64,000 nucleotides of DNA from Ignavibacteriota bacterium (GCA_963837815.1 CAWIOS010000015.1:258774-322773), one strand, 5' to 3'. Positions 1 to 10,000 are shown, numbered from the stretch's first letter. The notes: generated by a model not told the origin, from the letters alone. Numbers and translations: made by a program.

Positions 1-1270
1 CATGCGTGTCAATCGGCGCGGGCTTGTCCGTTTCGCCGGTTTTCATCCGGAATACGATCCCGCCTCCGGGATTCATCCCGGTCTTGTCGAGAAGGAACCT
101 GGCGAACGTCTGCTGGTACCCGCGGGCGGCGTCCAGGTACCTGTCCTTGATCGACACGGACGTCCCCGCCAGCGTCGCGGCGGCAAGCGAAAACGCGGCC
201 GAAGGGGAGACCCGCGCGATCCCGAGCGCCACAGACGACTGGAACGCCTGCCTGTTTGCGCGCTCTTCGTCAAGACGGGAGGAAAAATCGTCGATCTTCT
301 TCTGGCGCTCATCGGCGATTGTGCTCATGAATTTCTGGAACTCCCCGACCATCATGCGCATGTCGGTCGTCTTCGACGGAGAAAAAGAAGCCATTGCCTT
401 GCGGTCCTCCGCGAAGAGCTGTTCGGAATACCGGAATTTCCTGGCGTTGATGTCGTCAAGCGACGGCACGTCGATTGCGCGCCCCGCGATGAGTATCGCG
501 CTCCGGGGAATGATAAGGACCGCGATTATCCAGATCACAAGGAGTGCAAGAAAAGCGCTCGACGATCGCACGGTCAGCGCGGAGACCGCGATGCCGATTG
601 TCAGACACGCGCCGAAGTAGAGAAGCCCCGTTCCGACGATGAGGGCAAGTCGCATCCACTCGTCGAGCGAGAGGGGAACGCCGAGGAGCGTGAACATTAT
701 GCATCCCAGCAGTATCGGCACGAGAAGGGGGACCGCAAGGGCGAGAAATGCGCCGGTGAGCTTCCCGGCGATGAAGGTGTGCCGGGGAAGCGGGTTGGCA
801 AACGAGAGCCGCATCGTCCCTCGCTCCTTTTCGCCGCATATTGCATCGTACACGAACAGGATCGCAAAGAGCGAAAGCACGGTCTGGAATATGAACTCCA
901 GATCGAGGAAGCGGAACATCGCGAACACCGGCTCCTCGCCGTACCGTGTGTCGTCCTGCATAAGCTCGCCCCGGCCGTGGACCTCCGTCGTCCGGCCGAT
1001 GTCATTGGACACACCGGCCACGAGCGAGGCCAGCGGGTGCGGGGGGAGGAATATCCTGTTGTTCCGTACCAAGATCCAGTCCGTGAGTCCTTCCATCTTC
1101 TTCAGGTTCTCCCGCTTCGCCGCGTCGTACCGCGCGACGTCCGCGCGGTATCCCGCCGCCCCCATGAAGAACGCGAGGAGAATCAGGACGGCGCACGCCG
1201 CGAACGAAACCGTAAATTTCGCCGAGGTGAGTATGTCGCGTATTTCTTTCTCGATAATGAGTTTCAGCAT
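1..1270 (-). CDS. ABC-2 family transporter permease (partial; C-terminus lies beyond the window start). It has multiple TM helices followed by a hydrophilic coiled-coil-like C-terminal region.
   Basis: This ORF is not in the supplied track because it has no stop codon inside the window. Manual translation of the minus strand from the ATG at 1268-1270 gives MLKLIIEKEIRDILTSAKFTVSFAACAVLILLAFFMGAAGY...LSLFAILFVYDAICGEKERGTMRLSFANPLPRHTFIAGKLTGAFLALAVPLLVPILLGCIMF...LALLVIWIIAVLII..., open to position 1. The start lies 31 nt downstream of the ABC ATPase stop. The hydrophobic segments are typical of ABC-2 permeases. Confidence 0.6.
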   Translation of the reverse strand, partial: MLKLIIEKEIRDILTSAKFTVSFAACAVLILLAFFMGAAGYRADVARYDAAKRENLKKMEGLTDWILVRNNRIFLPPHPLASLVAGVSNDIGRTTEVHGRGELMQDDTRYGEEPVFAMFRFLDLEFIFQTVLSLFAILFVYDAICGEKERGTMRLSFANPLPRHTFIAGKLTGAFLALAVPLLVPILLGCIMFTLLGVPLSLDEWMRLALIVGTGLLYFGACLTIGIAVSALTVRSSSAFLALLVIWIIAVLIIPRSAILIAGRAIDVPSLDDINARKFRYSEQLFAEDRKAMASFSPSKTTDMRMMVGEFQKFMSTIADERQKKIDDFSSRLDEERANRQAFQSSVALGIARVSPSAAFSLAAATLAGTSVSIKDRYLDAARGYQQTFARFLLDKTGMNPGGGIVFRMKTGETDKPAPIDTH

Positions 1271-1301
1271 GGCCTCGATCTCCGTGGTCTCTGTGCAGGT
1301 G

Positions 1302-2042
1302 TCAGGAAGCGGCGCCGCTGTGACCGGCGATATGCTGCATGTACAGCGCCTCCAGGTCCTCCCCCGCGAGCTCCCGTGAGGGACGCTGCATCACGAGGCG
1401 TCCCCTGTTCATGATGCCGACGACGTCGGCCACCTCTTTTGCGCGAAATATGTCGTGCGTCGACATCAGTATCGCCTTTCCTTCGTCGCGGAGCGATGTC
1501 AGGAGCCCTATGAACTCGAATCCTGCCTGCGGATCGAGGCCCGACGTGGGCTCGTCGAGGAGGATGGCCGGGGCGTTCTTCATGATGGCGATCGCGATGC
1601 CGCACTTCTGCCGCATCCCCTTGGAAAACCCTCTCAGTTTCTTCCCGTGGGCTTCTTCCTGCAGGCCGACGCGCAGCAGTGCGTTTGTGCATGAGCTCCG
1701 GGACGGGGCCGGGCGTCCGCTCAGCCGCGTGAAGTAGTCAATGTTCTGCAGCGCGGTGAAATTGGGGTAGAGCATCACGTTCTCGGACACGAAGCCCACT
1801 TTCTCCTTCGCCTTCAGCGGGTCCCTGTGTGTCACGATCCCGTCGATCCGCGCCTCCCCCTCCGTGGGGTCGATGAAATTCAGGAACAGGTTAATCGTCG
1901 TCGTTTTTCCCGCCCCGTTCCCCCCCAGCATTGCGTACACTTCCCCCTCCCGCACGGCGAACCCAACGTGATCGAGCGCCAGCACCCCGTCTTCATACCG
2001 CTTCGTGAGCCCGTCCGCTTCCAGCATCGGCTTTCCGGCCAT
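1302..2042 (-). CDS. ABC transporter ATP-binding protein
   Basis: It carries Walker A GGNGAGKTTT, the ABC signature FSKGMRQK, and Walker B ILLDEPTSGLD. Its start lies 4 nt after the upstream gene's stop. Confidence 0.9.
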   Translation of the reverse strand: MAGKPMLEADGLTKRYEDGVLALDHVGFAVREGEVYAMLGGNGAGKTTTINLFLNFIDPTEGEARIDGIVTHRDPLKAKEKVGFVSENVMLYPNFTALQNIDYFTRLSGRPAPSRSSCTNALLRVGLQEEAHGKKLRGFSKGMRQKCGIAIAIMKNAPAILLDEPTSGLDPQAGFEFIGLLTSLRDEGKAILMSTHDIFRAKEVADVVGIMNRGRLVMQRPSRELAGEDLEALYMQHIAGHSGAAS

Positions 2043-2045
2043 GTG

Positions 2046-3548
2046 TCACCTCCTTGTGAGTTTGATTCCGAAAACGACAATTCCTCCGACGAGACCGACG
2101 ATGAGAAGTATGAGAAGAACGGTCCCCGTCACGTTCGCCCCCTGTGCGATCTCCACGGTGGCCGTCTTGTCCTCCGCGTTCACGGGATGGTTATCCGAGA
2201 GCGCGCTCGACCGGAGCCGTATCTCGTAGCGCCCGACCGAGACATCGTGCGGCGGTGTGAATGTGAGTTCCACGCGCCGTTCTTCCCCGATTCCGAGCGA
2301 CGGAACGACCGCGGGCTGAACGTCTTTTGTCCAGTTGAGCGGGGGATCGATCTTCACTTCGATGTTATCGAGTCGACGCGTCCCTTCGTTGACGACGTCC
2401 ACGTTCATCTGCACCGTCCCCTCCGGCTTTATGGAATAGAAAAGCTGGGGCGCGCGCACGAGGAGCTTCCCTTCGCCCCGGGGAATCAGCTCGAGTTTCA
2501 CGAATCCCACGCGGAGGTTCTCGATCTCCGCCTGCGTCCACGTGCGCGATTTCATGTCCCCGGCGGAGTTTGCAAGGTCATGGGGAACCACGACGACGAA
2601 GAAAGGAACCGGCCTGTCCATCGGCACCTCATCCGTGGGCCGGTCGGGGAGAGAGACCTCGAGCGCAGCCTTTCGGGTGTTCGTCGTCTCCGTGAACTTG
2701 AACTGGCTCAGCCTGGCCCGCCCGGAGGGATCCTTGAAGAACCTGTCGATCTGAGGCGGGAGGTTCAGCACCTCGAGGCTGAACGTAGTGCTGACGCCGC
2801 TGAAGAGCTCGAGCGTAAGGTCAAACGTCGCGGATTTTCCGAGCTCGACCTCCTGGGAAAACTGCTCGGATTGTACTGCCACCTTGTTCACGGAGGCGTC
2901 TTTCTGGAGAAAGATCTTCATCGAGCGGGAGGAGCCGCTCCCGTATATCATGTTCACGGTGACTACATCGAGGTCCTCCAGCAGCGCGAAGTCGAGAACC
3001 GCCGGCTCGCCGTACCTGAGCTGCGCGATTTTGGCTTCGTACGGCTGGCTGATGATCGCCCCGTCGTGGTTGGTGATGGAAATGTACACGTCGTTGACGA
3101 CATCAGGCTGGAGCGAGCGGAAGAGTTTGTCGTCGATGTTCAGAAGCTTCTGGAATTCCGCCGTCTCCCCCGAGGTGTTGGCGACGGTGAGCCGGACGTG
3201 CTTCGTGCCGTCGTGGTGCTGGTATTTCACCGCGTGCGCCACGGAGACGAACTGTTGCTCAAAGAGAACTGCAAGAAGCGACTGCTGGTAGTTCACCTCC
3301 GCATCGGCCATGATGTTGTGATAGTGGTCCAGGTCGGCCTGGGAGATCAGCGTCTTCTTGAAAAGCTCCTCCTGCCTCTCGTAGTCGCGCCGGGCGGTCT
3401 CGTACGCCTCCTTCGCCCGTTTCAGCCCCAGCACCCTGTACTTGTCGTCGCGCTGGTTATAGTTCACCTGCGCCCGGGTCGGCACGACAGCACCTCCGGA
3501 AAGTATCGCCGCAAGAATGCAGAGGAAAAATATCGGTCGGATTGTCAT
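2046..3548 (-). CDS. ABC-transporter-associated secreted/membrane-anchored protein. It has an N-terminal signal peptide, a HlyD-like coiled coil, beta-rich repeat (NEW3/CARDB-like) domains, and a C-terminal TM anchor.
   Basis: The ORF is 2046..3611. The likely true start is the internal Met (MTIRPIFFLCILAAILSGGAVVPTRAQ), which gives a signal peptide. The N-terminus is a coiled coil (KRAKEAYETARRDYERQEELFKK), and the C-terminus is hydrophobic (VTGTVLLILLIVGLVGGIVVFGI). It is the first gene of an operon with the ABC ATPase and permease. Confidence 0.55.
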   Translation of the reverse strand: MTIRPIFFLCILAAILSGGAVVPTRAQVNYNQRDDKYRVLGLKRAKEAYETARRDYERQEELFKKTLISQADLDHYHNIMADAEVNYQQSLLAVLFEQQFVSVAHAVKYQHHDGTKHVRLTVANTSGETAEFQKLLNIDDKLFRSLQPDVVNDVYISITNHDGAIISQPYEAKIAQLRYGEPAVLDFALLEDLDVVTVNMIYGSGSSRSMKIFLQKDASVNKVAVQSEQFSQEVELGKSATFDLTLELFSGVSTTFSLEVLNLPPQIDRFFKDPSGRARLSQFKFTETTNTRKAALEVSLPDRPTDEVPMDRPVPFFVVVVPHDLANSAGDMKSRTWTQAEIENLRVGFVKLELIPRGEGKLLVRAPQLFYSIKPEGTVQMNVDVVNEGTRRLDNIEVKIDPPLNWTKDVQPAVVPSLGIGEERRVELTFTPPHDVSVGRYEIRLRSSALSDNHPVNAEDKTATVEIAQGANVTGTVLLILLIVGLVGGIVVFGIKLTRR

Positions 3549-3649
3549 GCGCAAAATCCCCGTGAGAGCCCGGGACGGGCGGTCCGCCCTCAGGCAGAAT
3601 GGTTGACGCAAATATATCTCATCGGTTGCGCGCTTGACAGTTAAGCGTT

Positions 3650-3665
3650 GTTAACACGTGTTAAC
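3650..3665. promoter_or_regulatory. Perfect 16-bp palindrome GTTAACACGTGTTAAC in the divergent intergenic region, next to a TTGACA hexamer at 3634-3639
   Basis: Seen directly in the sequence. It lies between the minus-strand ABC operon and the plus-strand two-component operon, so it is a candidate operator or response-regulator binding site. Confidence 0.4.
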
Positions 3666-3715
3666 GCCCCGTGCGACCGCGGGCAAATGGTTGCGGCAGG
3701 ATGTATATTGCTTCC

Positions 3716-5356
3716 ATGACGATGAAACTCCGGAAAATCCTGCCTGTGGTTGGTCTGATCGCGGTCGCCCTGGCCGGGCTGATTATTCTCCAGGTCTCCC
3801 TCCTCGAAAACGCGTTTCTCCTGAAAGAGCAGGCGTTCCGGCAGAACGTGAAAACGGCTCTGGGCACCGCCGCGCTCAAGGTGCAGGCCGGTGAGACCCT
3901 CTCACGCGTCGTGCGCTCCGAAGGTGCGTCCCGTTCGCACCCCGTTCCGGGGAGGAAGAAGGAAACGCCGTCTTCCCGCCGGACGCGTGTCGCAGGTAAT
4001 TCGATCTCGTACAACGACGGGCCGGATAGGGAGCCGGTTGTGCGCGTACGCCTGTTCCACGCCAGGGCCGGGGACACACTTCAAACCGATACGCTGCGGG
4101 GAACGGGTGAAGGCGGGGTGAGTTCGTCCGCCCTCTCCGTCGGGAAGGGAGGGTACTATTACGATTTCTTCTCGGACAGCGTGTCGACAATCGTGAGAAC
4201 CGGCACAACCTCTCCCGGGGAGACCGCGAGGACGGGGGTGGTGGACAGGGACCGCCTGTTCGTGGTTTCGACCGTCTATGACGACCTGCTTTCGGAAGGG
4301 AAGGGGATCGAAAAGAAGATCAACCCGGTGCTCCTCGACTCGGTCCTGAAGGCGAGCATGCACGAGGCGGGCATACCGCTGCCGTTTGCCTACGGCATAC
4401 TCTCCCCGCGGAGGGATTCCGTTCTCGTTGCGAACCCTGCGGGCGCGGCGCAGGATCTCCGCGCGACCGAATTCCACGCTCCCCTCTTTCACCTCGCGTT
4501 CGGAGCGCCGCAGGGGGAGCTCGCGGTTTACTTCAGCGGAAGGGAGGCCTATCTCTTCGGTCAGCTCTGGCCTGCCCTCACCGCGTCTGTCATCTTCATT
4601 GCCATCATCGCGCTCTGTTTTGCCTACACCGTCCGGACGATAATGCGCCAGCAGCGCCTGGCCGCGGGCATGGTGGAATTCGTCAACAACATGACGCACG
4701 AATTCAAGACGCCCATAGCGACGATCACGCTCGCAACCGAAGCGATCCGCCGTCCGGACGTCATCCGGAGCAGCGCCCGGGTCGGAAAGTACAACGGCAT
4801 GATTGCCGAGGAAACTCTCAGGATGAAGAACCAGGTGGACCGGATTCTCCAGATGGCGGTCGTCGAGGAAGGGGACTACGAGCTTTCTCTCACAGGCGTC
4901 GACATGGATGCGGTCATCCGGGCGGCGGTGGGAAGCGCCGCGCTCGGCGTCGAATCACGCGGAGGGAGCATCACCTGCGCGCTCGGGGCCGAGCGCCACG
5001 TGATACGGGGGGACGCGGTGCACCTTGCCAGCGTCGTCCACAACATCCTTGATAACGCCTCGAAGTATTCCCCCGGCGCCCCTGTGATAACGGTCAGCAC
5101 CGCGAATGACGGGGCATGGCTCGTCGTCCGCGTGAAGGACCGGGGGATCGGCATCCCCCCGGAGCATATCCAGAGGGTATTCGACAAGTACTACCGTGTC
5201 CCCACAGGAAACCTCCACGAGGTGAAGGGATTCGGACTCGGCCTGAGTTACGTAAGGCTCCTCGTTGAAGCCCACGGCGGAACAATCACGCTGAAAAGCC
5301 TGCCGGAGGAGGGGACAGAGGTGGAGATGAGATTCCCGGAAAGGGCGCCGCAGTGA
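3716..5356 (+). CDS. Sensor histidine kinase (membrane-bound)
   Basis: The likely start is MTMKLRKILPVVGLIAVALAGLIIL (TM1). The H-box is MTHEFKTPIATI, and the HATPase G-boxes are DRGIGIPPEHIQRVFDKYYRV and GFGLGLSY. Its stop overlaps the response regulator start. Confidence 0.85.
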   Translation: MTMKLRKILPVVGLIAVALAGLIILQVSLLENAFLLKEQAFRQNVKTALGTAALKVQAGETLSRVVRSEGASRSHPVPGRKKETPSSRRTRVAGNSISYNDGPDREPVVRVRLFHARAGDTLQTDTLRGTGEGGVSSSALSVGKGGYYYDFFSDSVSTIVRTGTTSPGETARTGVVDRDRLFVVSTVYDDLLSEGKGIEKKINPVLLDSVLKASMHEAGIPLPFAYGILSPRRDSVLVANPAGAAQDLRATEFHAPLFHLAFGAPQGELAVYFSGREAYLFGQLWPALTASVIFIAIIALCFAYTVRTIMRQQRLAAGMVEFVNNMTHEFKTPIATITLATEAIRRPDVIRSSARVGKYNGMIAEETLRMKNQVDRILQMAVVEEGDYELSLTGVDMDAVIRAAVGSAALGVESRGGSITCALGAERHVIRGDAVHLASVVHNILDNASKYSPGAPVITVSTANDGAWLVVRVKDRGIGIPPEHIQRVFDKYYRVPTGNLHEVKGFGLGLSYVRLLVEAHGGTITLKSLPEEGTEVEMRFPERAPQ

Positions 5357-6048
5357 GACGGACTGTCCTGCTCCTGGAAGACGACCCGAACCTGGGTCTC
5401 ATACTGCAGGAACACCTGGAGATGAACGGGTTCGGCGTCAAACTGTGCCTGAACGGCGAAGAGGGAGCCGGCGCCTACCGGAAGGGGAAGTACGACCTCT
5501 GTCTCGTTGATGTGATGATGCCAAGGAAGGACGGGTTCTCGTTCGCCCGCGATGTCCGTGCCGTCGACAGGGAGACTCCTATCATATTCCTGACGGCGAG
5601 GGCGATGAAAGAGGACCGGATCGAAGGGTTGAAGATAGGTGCGGATGACTATTTGACGAAGCCCTTCAGCATGGAGGAGCTCCTCCTCCGCATCAGGGCG
5701 GTGCTCCGGCGGGCCGGGCGGCTGGAGGAAGACGCGGCTCCCCCTGTCGAATTCTCACTCGGCGCCTATGCGTTTGATCCCGTGAAGCGCACGCTCCGCC
5801 GGGGGCGGTCGACGAGAAAACTCACGGCACGCGAATCCGATCTCCTCCGGCTGCTCTGCCTCCACATGAACGCGACGCTGGAACGGGATGCCGCGCTGCG
5901 CGAGCTCTGGGGGGACGACAGCTACTTCAACAGCCGGAGCATGGATGTCTTTGTCTCCCGGCTCAGGAAATGTCTCGCCGCCGATCCCGAAGTGAAGATC
6001 ATGAACGTTCCCGGAAAAGGGTTCAGGCTCGTCGTGGGGGGCAGGTAG
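5353..6048 (+). CDS. OmpR/PhoB-family response regulator (receiver plus winged-helix)
   Basis: The start is GTG at 5353. The receiver domain has LLLEDDPN...DLCLVDVMMP...ADDYLTKPF, and the C-terminal winged-helix segment is ...VFVSRLRKCL...GKGFRL. Confidence 0.9.
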   Translation: MRRTVLLLEDDPNLGLILQEHLEMNGFGVKLCLNGEEGAGAYRKGKYDLCLVDVMMPRKDGFSFARDVRAVDRETPIIFLTARAMKEDRIEGLKIGADDYLTKPFSMEELLLRIRAVLRRAGRLEEDAAPPVEFSLGAYAFDPVKRTLRRGRSTRKLTARESDLLRLLCLHMNATLERDAALRELWGDDSYFNSRSMDVFVSRLRKCLAADPEVKIMNVPGKGFRLVVGGR

Positions 6049-6149
6049 GGGCCTCTTCTCCCCTTTTTTCCGAACGCCGGTGTGGTACCGTCGTCCCTGC
6101 TCGCACCGCACCTTTCGCCGTCCGGCGTATCATCCCGATTCCCTTCCCC

Positions 6150-7853
6150 TCACTCCGCAGTCTGGTACATTGTGCGGATCTGCGTATCGATGTAAAACCA
6201 GTCGTCGTCGCACCGGAACTCCTTCGGGTCCATCGATCCCAGGTCCATTGTCTGCCATTCGGTCGTGGGATGGATGAACGCAAATTTCCCGGGTAATGTC
6301 GTCACCCGGACGGGCATGTGGAAATCCTTCACGTCCGCCCTCCACCGATAGCGGCACTTCAGGTTTCCCCCCCGTACCATCAAAAATACCTCGAGCTTCG
6401 GAATCGCCGGATAGCGGAGATACTGATCGAAGAAATACGTGAAGTCTGTCCCCGTCGCACGGTTGACGTACGCCACGATGTCGGCGGTGGCGATCGTTCT
6501 GTACCTGAACTCCATCGACATTCCGCGCATCACCGCAAACCAGAGCGAATCGTTGTCCATGACCCCGCGCAGCGTATTGAGCATGAGCGAGCCCTTCGGG
6601 TACATGTCGCCCGACCCCTCGTTGTTCACGTTGTACACGCCGAGTATGGGCCTCTGGTTGGCGACCTGGCTCTTTTTCGCATTCACGTACTCGAGCATCG
6701 CCTGCTTCCCGAACGTGCACTCGACGTACAGCGCCTCCGCGTGCGCGCCGAAGCTCTCGTGAATCCACATGTCCGCGATGTCCTTCGCGGTCACGCCGTT
6801 TCCCCACCACTCGTGCGCCGACTCGTGCATGATGATGAAGTCGAACATCAGTCCCCACGGGGAACCGGACGTTCCCCGGTACCCGTTCCGGAATCCGTTG
6901 CCGTAGGCCACCGCGCTCTGGTGCTCCATTCCGAGATGAGGGGACTGCACAAGCTTGTACCCGTCGCGGGCGAACGGATAGGGGCCGAAGTCCCTCTCGT
7001 AGCAGGCGAACATCTGTTTCACCTGCGTAAATTGCTTCTCCGCCTTTACGAGATCTTCCGGCAGGACGAAGTAGTCCAGCGTCACCGTGTCCTCTCCCGT
7101 GTAGGTCTCCCCGAAATGCGAGAACTTCCCGATGTTCACAGTAACGCAGTAGTTGTTGATCGGGTACGTCACGGCCCAGTCAAAACGCCGCCAGCCGTCG
7201 GGAAGCGTCGTCACGCCCCGGAGACGTCCGTTCGAGATGTCTTCGAGACCCGGGGGGACGGTCACGCGTATGCTCATGCTGTCCGGCTCGTCCGACAGGT
7301 GGTCCTTGTTCGGCCACCAGAGGCTCGCGCCCGTCCCCTCGCATGCGACCGCGACCCAGGGATTCCCCGTCGAATCTTTCGTCCAGATCATCCCCCCGTC
7401 CCACGGGGGGTTTTTTGCCACCTGCGGCGTGCCGGAATATTTCAGGAGGAGGTTGTACGTCGATCCGGGCCTGAGAGGCTCATCCAGCACGATAAACACC
7501 GCGTTGAACTCCCGCGTGAAATAAAGAGGCCGGCCCCCGTCGAGCGCCGCCGACTCCAGCGCCATGTTCGCAAACAGGTCCACCTGCAGACGTGAGGATG
7601 CCTCCATCGCTGTGAACCTGATCGTGTTCGAACCGGATATATGCTTCCGTTCGGGATCTACGCGCACGTCCAGGTCGTACCACCGGACGTCGTAGCAGGT
7701 CCGTTCCGGCCTGAGCATCCCCCTGAGCGTATCCGCGCGGGTAAAGACAGGCGCCGCGTTGTTCCGGGAATTCTGTGCGGAGAGCGTCCCGCCGGACGCA
7801 TACAGAAGGATGTGGAACGCAATCAGTGTTTCGGAAAACCGGGGATGTCGCAT
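6150..7853 (-). CDS. M1-family zinc aminopeptidase (secreted)
   Basis: There is a signal peptide. It has the HEXXH motif (MHESAHEWWGN) and a downstream HESFGAHAE glutamate, typical of peptidase M1. Confidence 0.8.
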   Translation of the reverse strand: MRHPRFSETLIAFHILLYASGGTLSAQNSRNNAAPVFTRADTLRGMLRPERTCYDVRWYDLDVRVDPERKHISGSNTIRFTAMEASSRLQVDLFANMALESAALDGGRPLYFTREFNAVFIVLDEPLRPGSTYNLLLKYSGTPQVAKNPPWDGGMIWTKDSTGNPWVAVACEGTGASLWWPNKDHLSDEPDSMSIRVTVPPGLEDISNGRLRGVTTLPDGWRRFDWAVTYPINNYCVTVNIGKFSHFGETYTGEDTVTLDYFVLPEDLVKAEKQFTQVKQMFACYERDFGPYPFARDGYKLVQSPHLGMEHQSAVAYGNGFRNGYRGTSGSPWGLMFDFIIMHESAHEWWGNGVTAKDIADMWIHESFGAHAEALYVECTFGKQAMLEYVNAKKSQVANQRPILGVYNVNNEGSGDMYPKGSLMLNTLRGVMDNDSLWFAVMRGMSMEFRYRTIATADIVAYVNRATGTDFTYFFDQYLRYPAIPKLEVFLMVRGGNLKCRYRWRADVKDFHMPVRVTTLPGKFAFIHPTTEWQTMDLGSMDPKEFRCDDDWFYIDTQIRTMYQTAE

Positions 7854-10000
7854 CAGTAATCATTCCCGGCTGCGGGAGGAATCTTCAGCTGATCGAAGAG
7901 GAACGCATAGACGTCCGTCTCCTGCGCGATCTGGTCGTCGAGCGAACTGCCGAACCCGTGACCGCTCGCAGGACTCGTGCGCAGGAGGATCGGAAATGCC
8001 GCGCCCGTCGCCGCCTGGAGCCTTGCCGTCATCTTCCGGGAATTCGCCGGGTCGACGCGCCCGTCGTTGTCCCCGGTGAGCATCAGCACCGCCGGGTACT
8101 TCACACCGTCGACGACGTGCTGGTACGGCGAGTATGCGTACAGTGCCCTGAATTGTTCGGGATCCTTCACGCTCCCGAATTCCGTCACGTTGAACGCGCC
8201 GTTCGGGAAAAGCTCGAACCGGAGCATGTCGTAGAGCCCCACGTGGCTCACGACCGCGCGGAAGAGTCCCGGTCTCTGCGTCAGTGCCGCCCCCATCAGG
8301 AGCCCCCCGTTGCTCCCGCCCTCGATCGCGAGCTTCTCCGGGGAAGTGTACCTCTTTGCCACCAGGTACTCCGCGCATGCGATAAAGTCGTCGAAGACGT
8401 TCTGTTTTTTCGTCAGCCTCCCGGCGTCATGCCACGTTTCCCCGAACTCCCCGCCCCCCCGGAGGTTTGCGTCCACGTAGATCCCCCCGTGGTCCATCCA
8501 GAGCCGGTTGGTCCGGAGGAACCGCGGCACCTCGGAGACGTTAAACCCGCCGTAGCCGTAGAGAAGCAGGGGGCTCTTTCCGTCTAATGCCGTACCCGTG
8601 CGTCGTATGATGTTCATCGGGATCTTTGTCCCGTCCATGGACGTGGCGGAGTCCCGTATGACCTCGCAGTCGGCGTAGGAGATTCCCGAACTGTTCACGA
8701 GCCTTGATCTGGCTGCGCTGTTGGACATCGGGTCGTACGTGAAGTACGCGAAATTCTCGAGATACGTCTCCGCGCCGTAGAGCACCGTATCCCCCCGGAG
8801 GGGGATGAGGCCGTACACCGTCGCAACGGGCGCTGTCGGCAGCATTGCCCTGAACATCCCGTTCTTGTCGAAGACGCGCACACGTGACGGCCCGCCGATC
8901 AGATCGACGACGTAGAGCCTGTCAGTTCCCGGGAGCATGGCGGTGATGACCGCGTTGGATTGGGGGACGATCGTCTTTGCGGACCGGAGATCGGGCCTGG
9001 CTAGTGGTACGGTCCTGATCATTCCGCGGGGAGCGTCCTTTACGGAGAGGAGATAGAGAATCGCATCTCTGCCGAACGCCGCCTCGGTAACCCCGTCGCT
9101 GAAATCCGCAACGCGCGTCCATCGTTCGCCCGGACCCATAAGGTAGAGCGCAAATTCACCGCCGTCGCCGTTCGCAACCCTCACGAGCAGGTACTTCGAG
9201 TCCTCGCTCATGGAGAGCGAAATCTCCGCGATCCTGGGGAAGTCCTTCCCCGTCACGTACCTGTCCCGTGAGGCCGGCGTGCCGAGCCTGTGGAAATAGA
9301 CCTCCTGGTAGAAATTTTCGTCGCCGGCCGGACGCTCGTTCCCCTGGGGGTACCGCGTATAATAGAAGCCCGAAGCATCCCTGTTCCACGCAATGCTACC
9401 CCCCGCGGTCGGGAAATTGACACGAGGAACGACGTCGCTCAGTTTTCTTCCCGATGCCGTTTCGAACACCGACGCCGTACCGTCTTCGCTCCCGTTTCTC
9501 GAAAGGGACACGGCGACGAGCTTCCCGTCCCGTGACGGAACGTAGAAATCAATCGACGTCGTCCCGGTGCTGTCAAGCACGTTCAGATCCAGCACCGTAT
9601 GTTCCGAGGAGAGATCGTTCGGGGAGTCGAACGTGACGAGGATCGGCTGTTCCTTCGTGCCCTGGTGCTTGAGCGCGAAGATCTTCCCCCGGAAGAATCC
9701 CGCGTCGTACGACACCGAATTCCCCCCGTAGATCTGTTTCAGCCGCGTGGCGATTGCGGCGCGGGAGGCGACCTTGTCGAGTATCGAGCGTGAGAGCGCA
9801 TTCTGCGCCTCCACCCACGAAATCACCTGGGGATCGTTCCGGTTTTCGAGCCACCGGTAGCTATCCACAACGGATGTGCCGTTGTAGACGTCCGTCACCG
9901 GTTGCTTCGCACTCGGAGGATACGGAGGGCGCGATGGGGTGCATCCGCCGATCAGGGCGGCGGCCGCGACAAGTGCTGCAATCGTGCGCATTCGGAACAT
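7853..10000 (-). CDS. Prolyl oligopeptidase (S9A) family serine peptidase, lipoprotein
   Basis: The N-terminal beta-propeller region has PPYPPSAKQPVTDVYNG...DSYRWLEN. The catalytic serine nucleophile is in GGSNGGLLMGA. The likely start is the internal MFRMRTIAALVAAAALIGGC (lipobox). Confidence 0.85.
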   Translation of the reverse strand: MFRMRTIAALVAAAALIGGCTPSRPPYPPSAKQPVTDVYNGTSVVDSYRWLENRNDPQVISWVEAQNALSRSILDKVASRAAIATRLKQIYGGNSVSYDAGFFRGKIFALKHQGTKEQPILVTFDSPNDLSSEHTVLDLNVLDSTGTTSIDFYVPSRDGKLVAVSLSRNGSEDGTASVFETASGRKLSDVVPRVNFPTAGGSIAWNRDASGFYYTRYPQGNERPAGDENFYQEVYFHRLGTPASRDRYVTGKDFPRIAEISLSMSEDSKYLLVRVANGDGGEFALYLMGPGERWTRVADFSDGVTEAAFGRDAILYLLSVKDAPRGMIRTVPLARPDLRSAKTIVPQSNAVITAMLPGTDRLYVVDLIGGPSRVRVFDKNGMFRAMLPTAPVATVYGLIPLRGDTVLYGAETYLENFAYFTYDPMSNSAARSRLVNSSGISYADCEVIRDSATSMDGTKIPMNIIRRTGTALDGKSPLLLYGYGGFNVSEVPRFLRTNRLWMDHGGIYVDANLRGGGEFGETWHDAGRLTKKQNVFDDFIACAEYLVAKRYTSPEKLAIEGGSNGGLLMGAALTQRPGLFRAVVSHVGLYDMLRFELFPNGAFNVTEFGSVKDPEQFRALYAYSPYQHVVDGVKYPAVLMLTGDNDGRVDPANSRKMTARLQAATGAAFPILLRTSPASGHGFGSSLDDQIAQETDVYAFLFDQLKIPPAAGNDY

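Noticed and set aside
2-1414. 470-aa plus-strand ORF at the window start
   Set aside because: It is antisense to the ABC-2 permease and ABC ATPase, which have clear family signatures. The translation is Arg/Gly/Pro-rich low complexity, typical of antisense ORFs in high-GC DNA.
1827-3644. 605-aa plus-strand ORF
   Set aside because: It is antisense to the 521-aa secreted ABC-associated protein and has no recognisable domains. It is an RHP-rich high-GC artefact.
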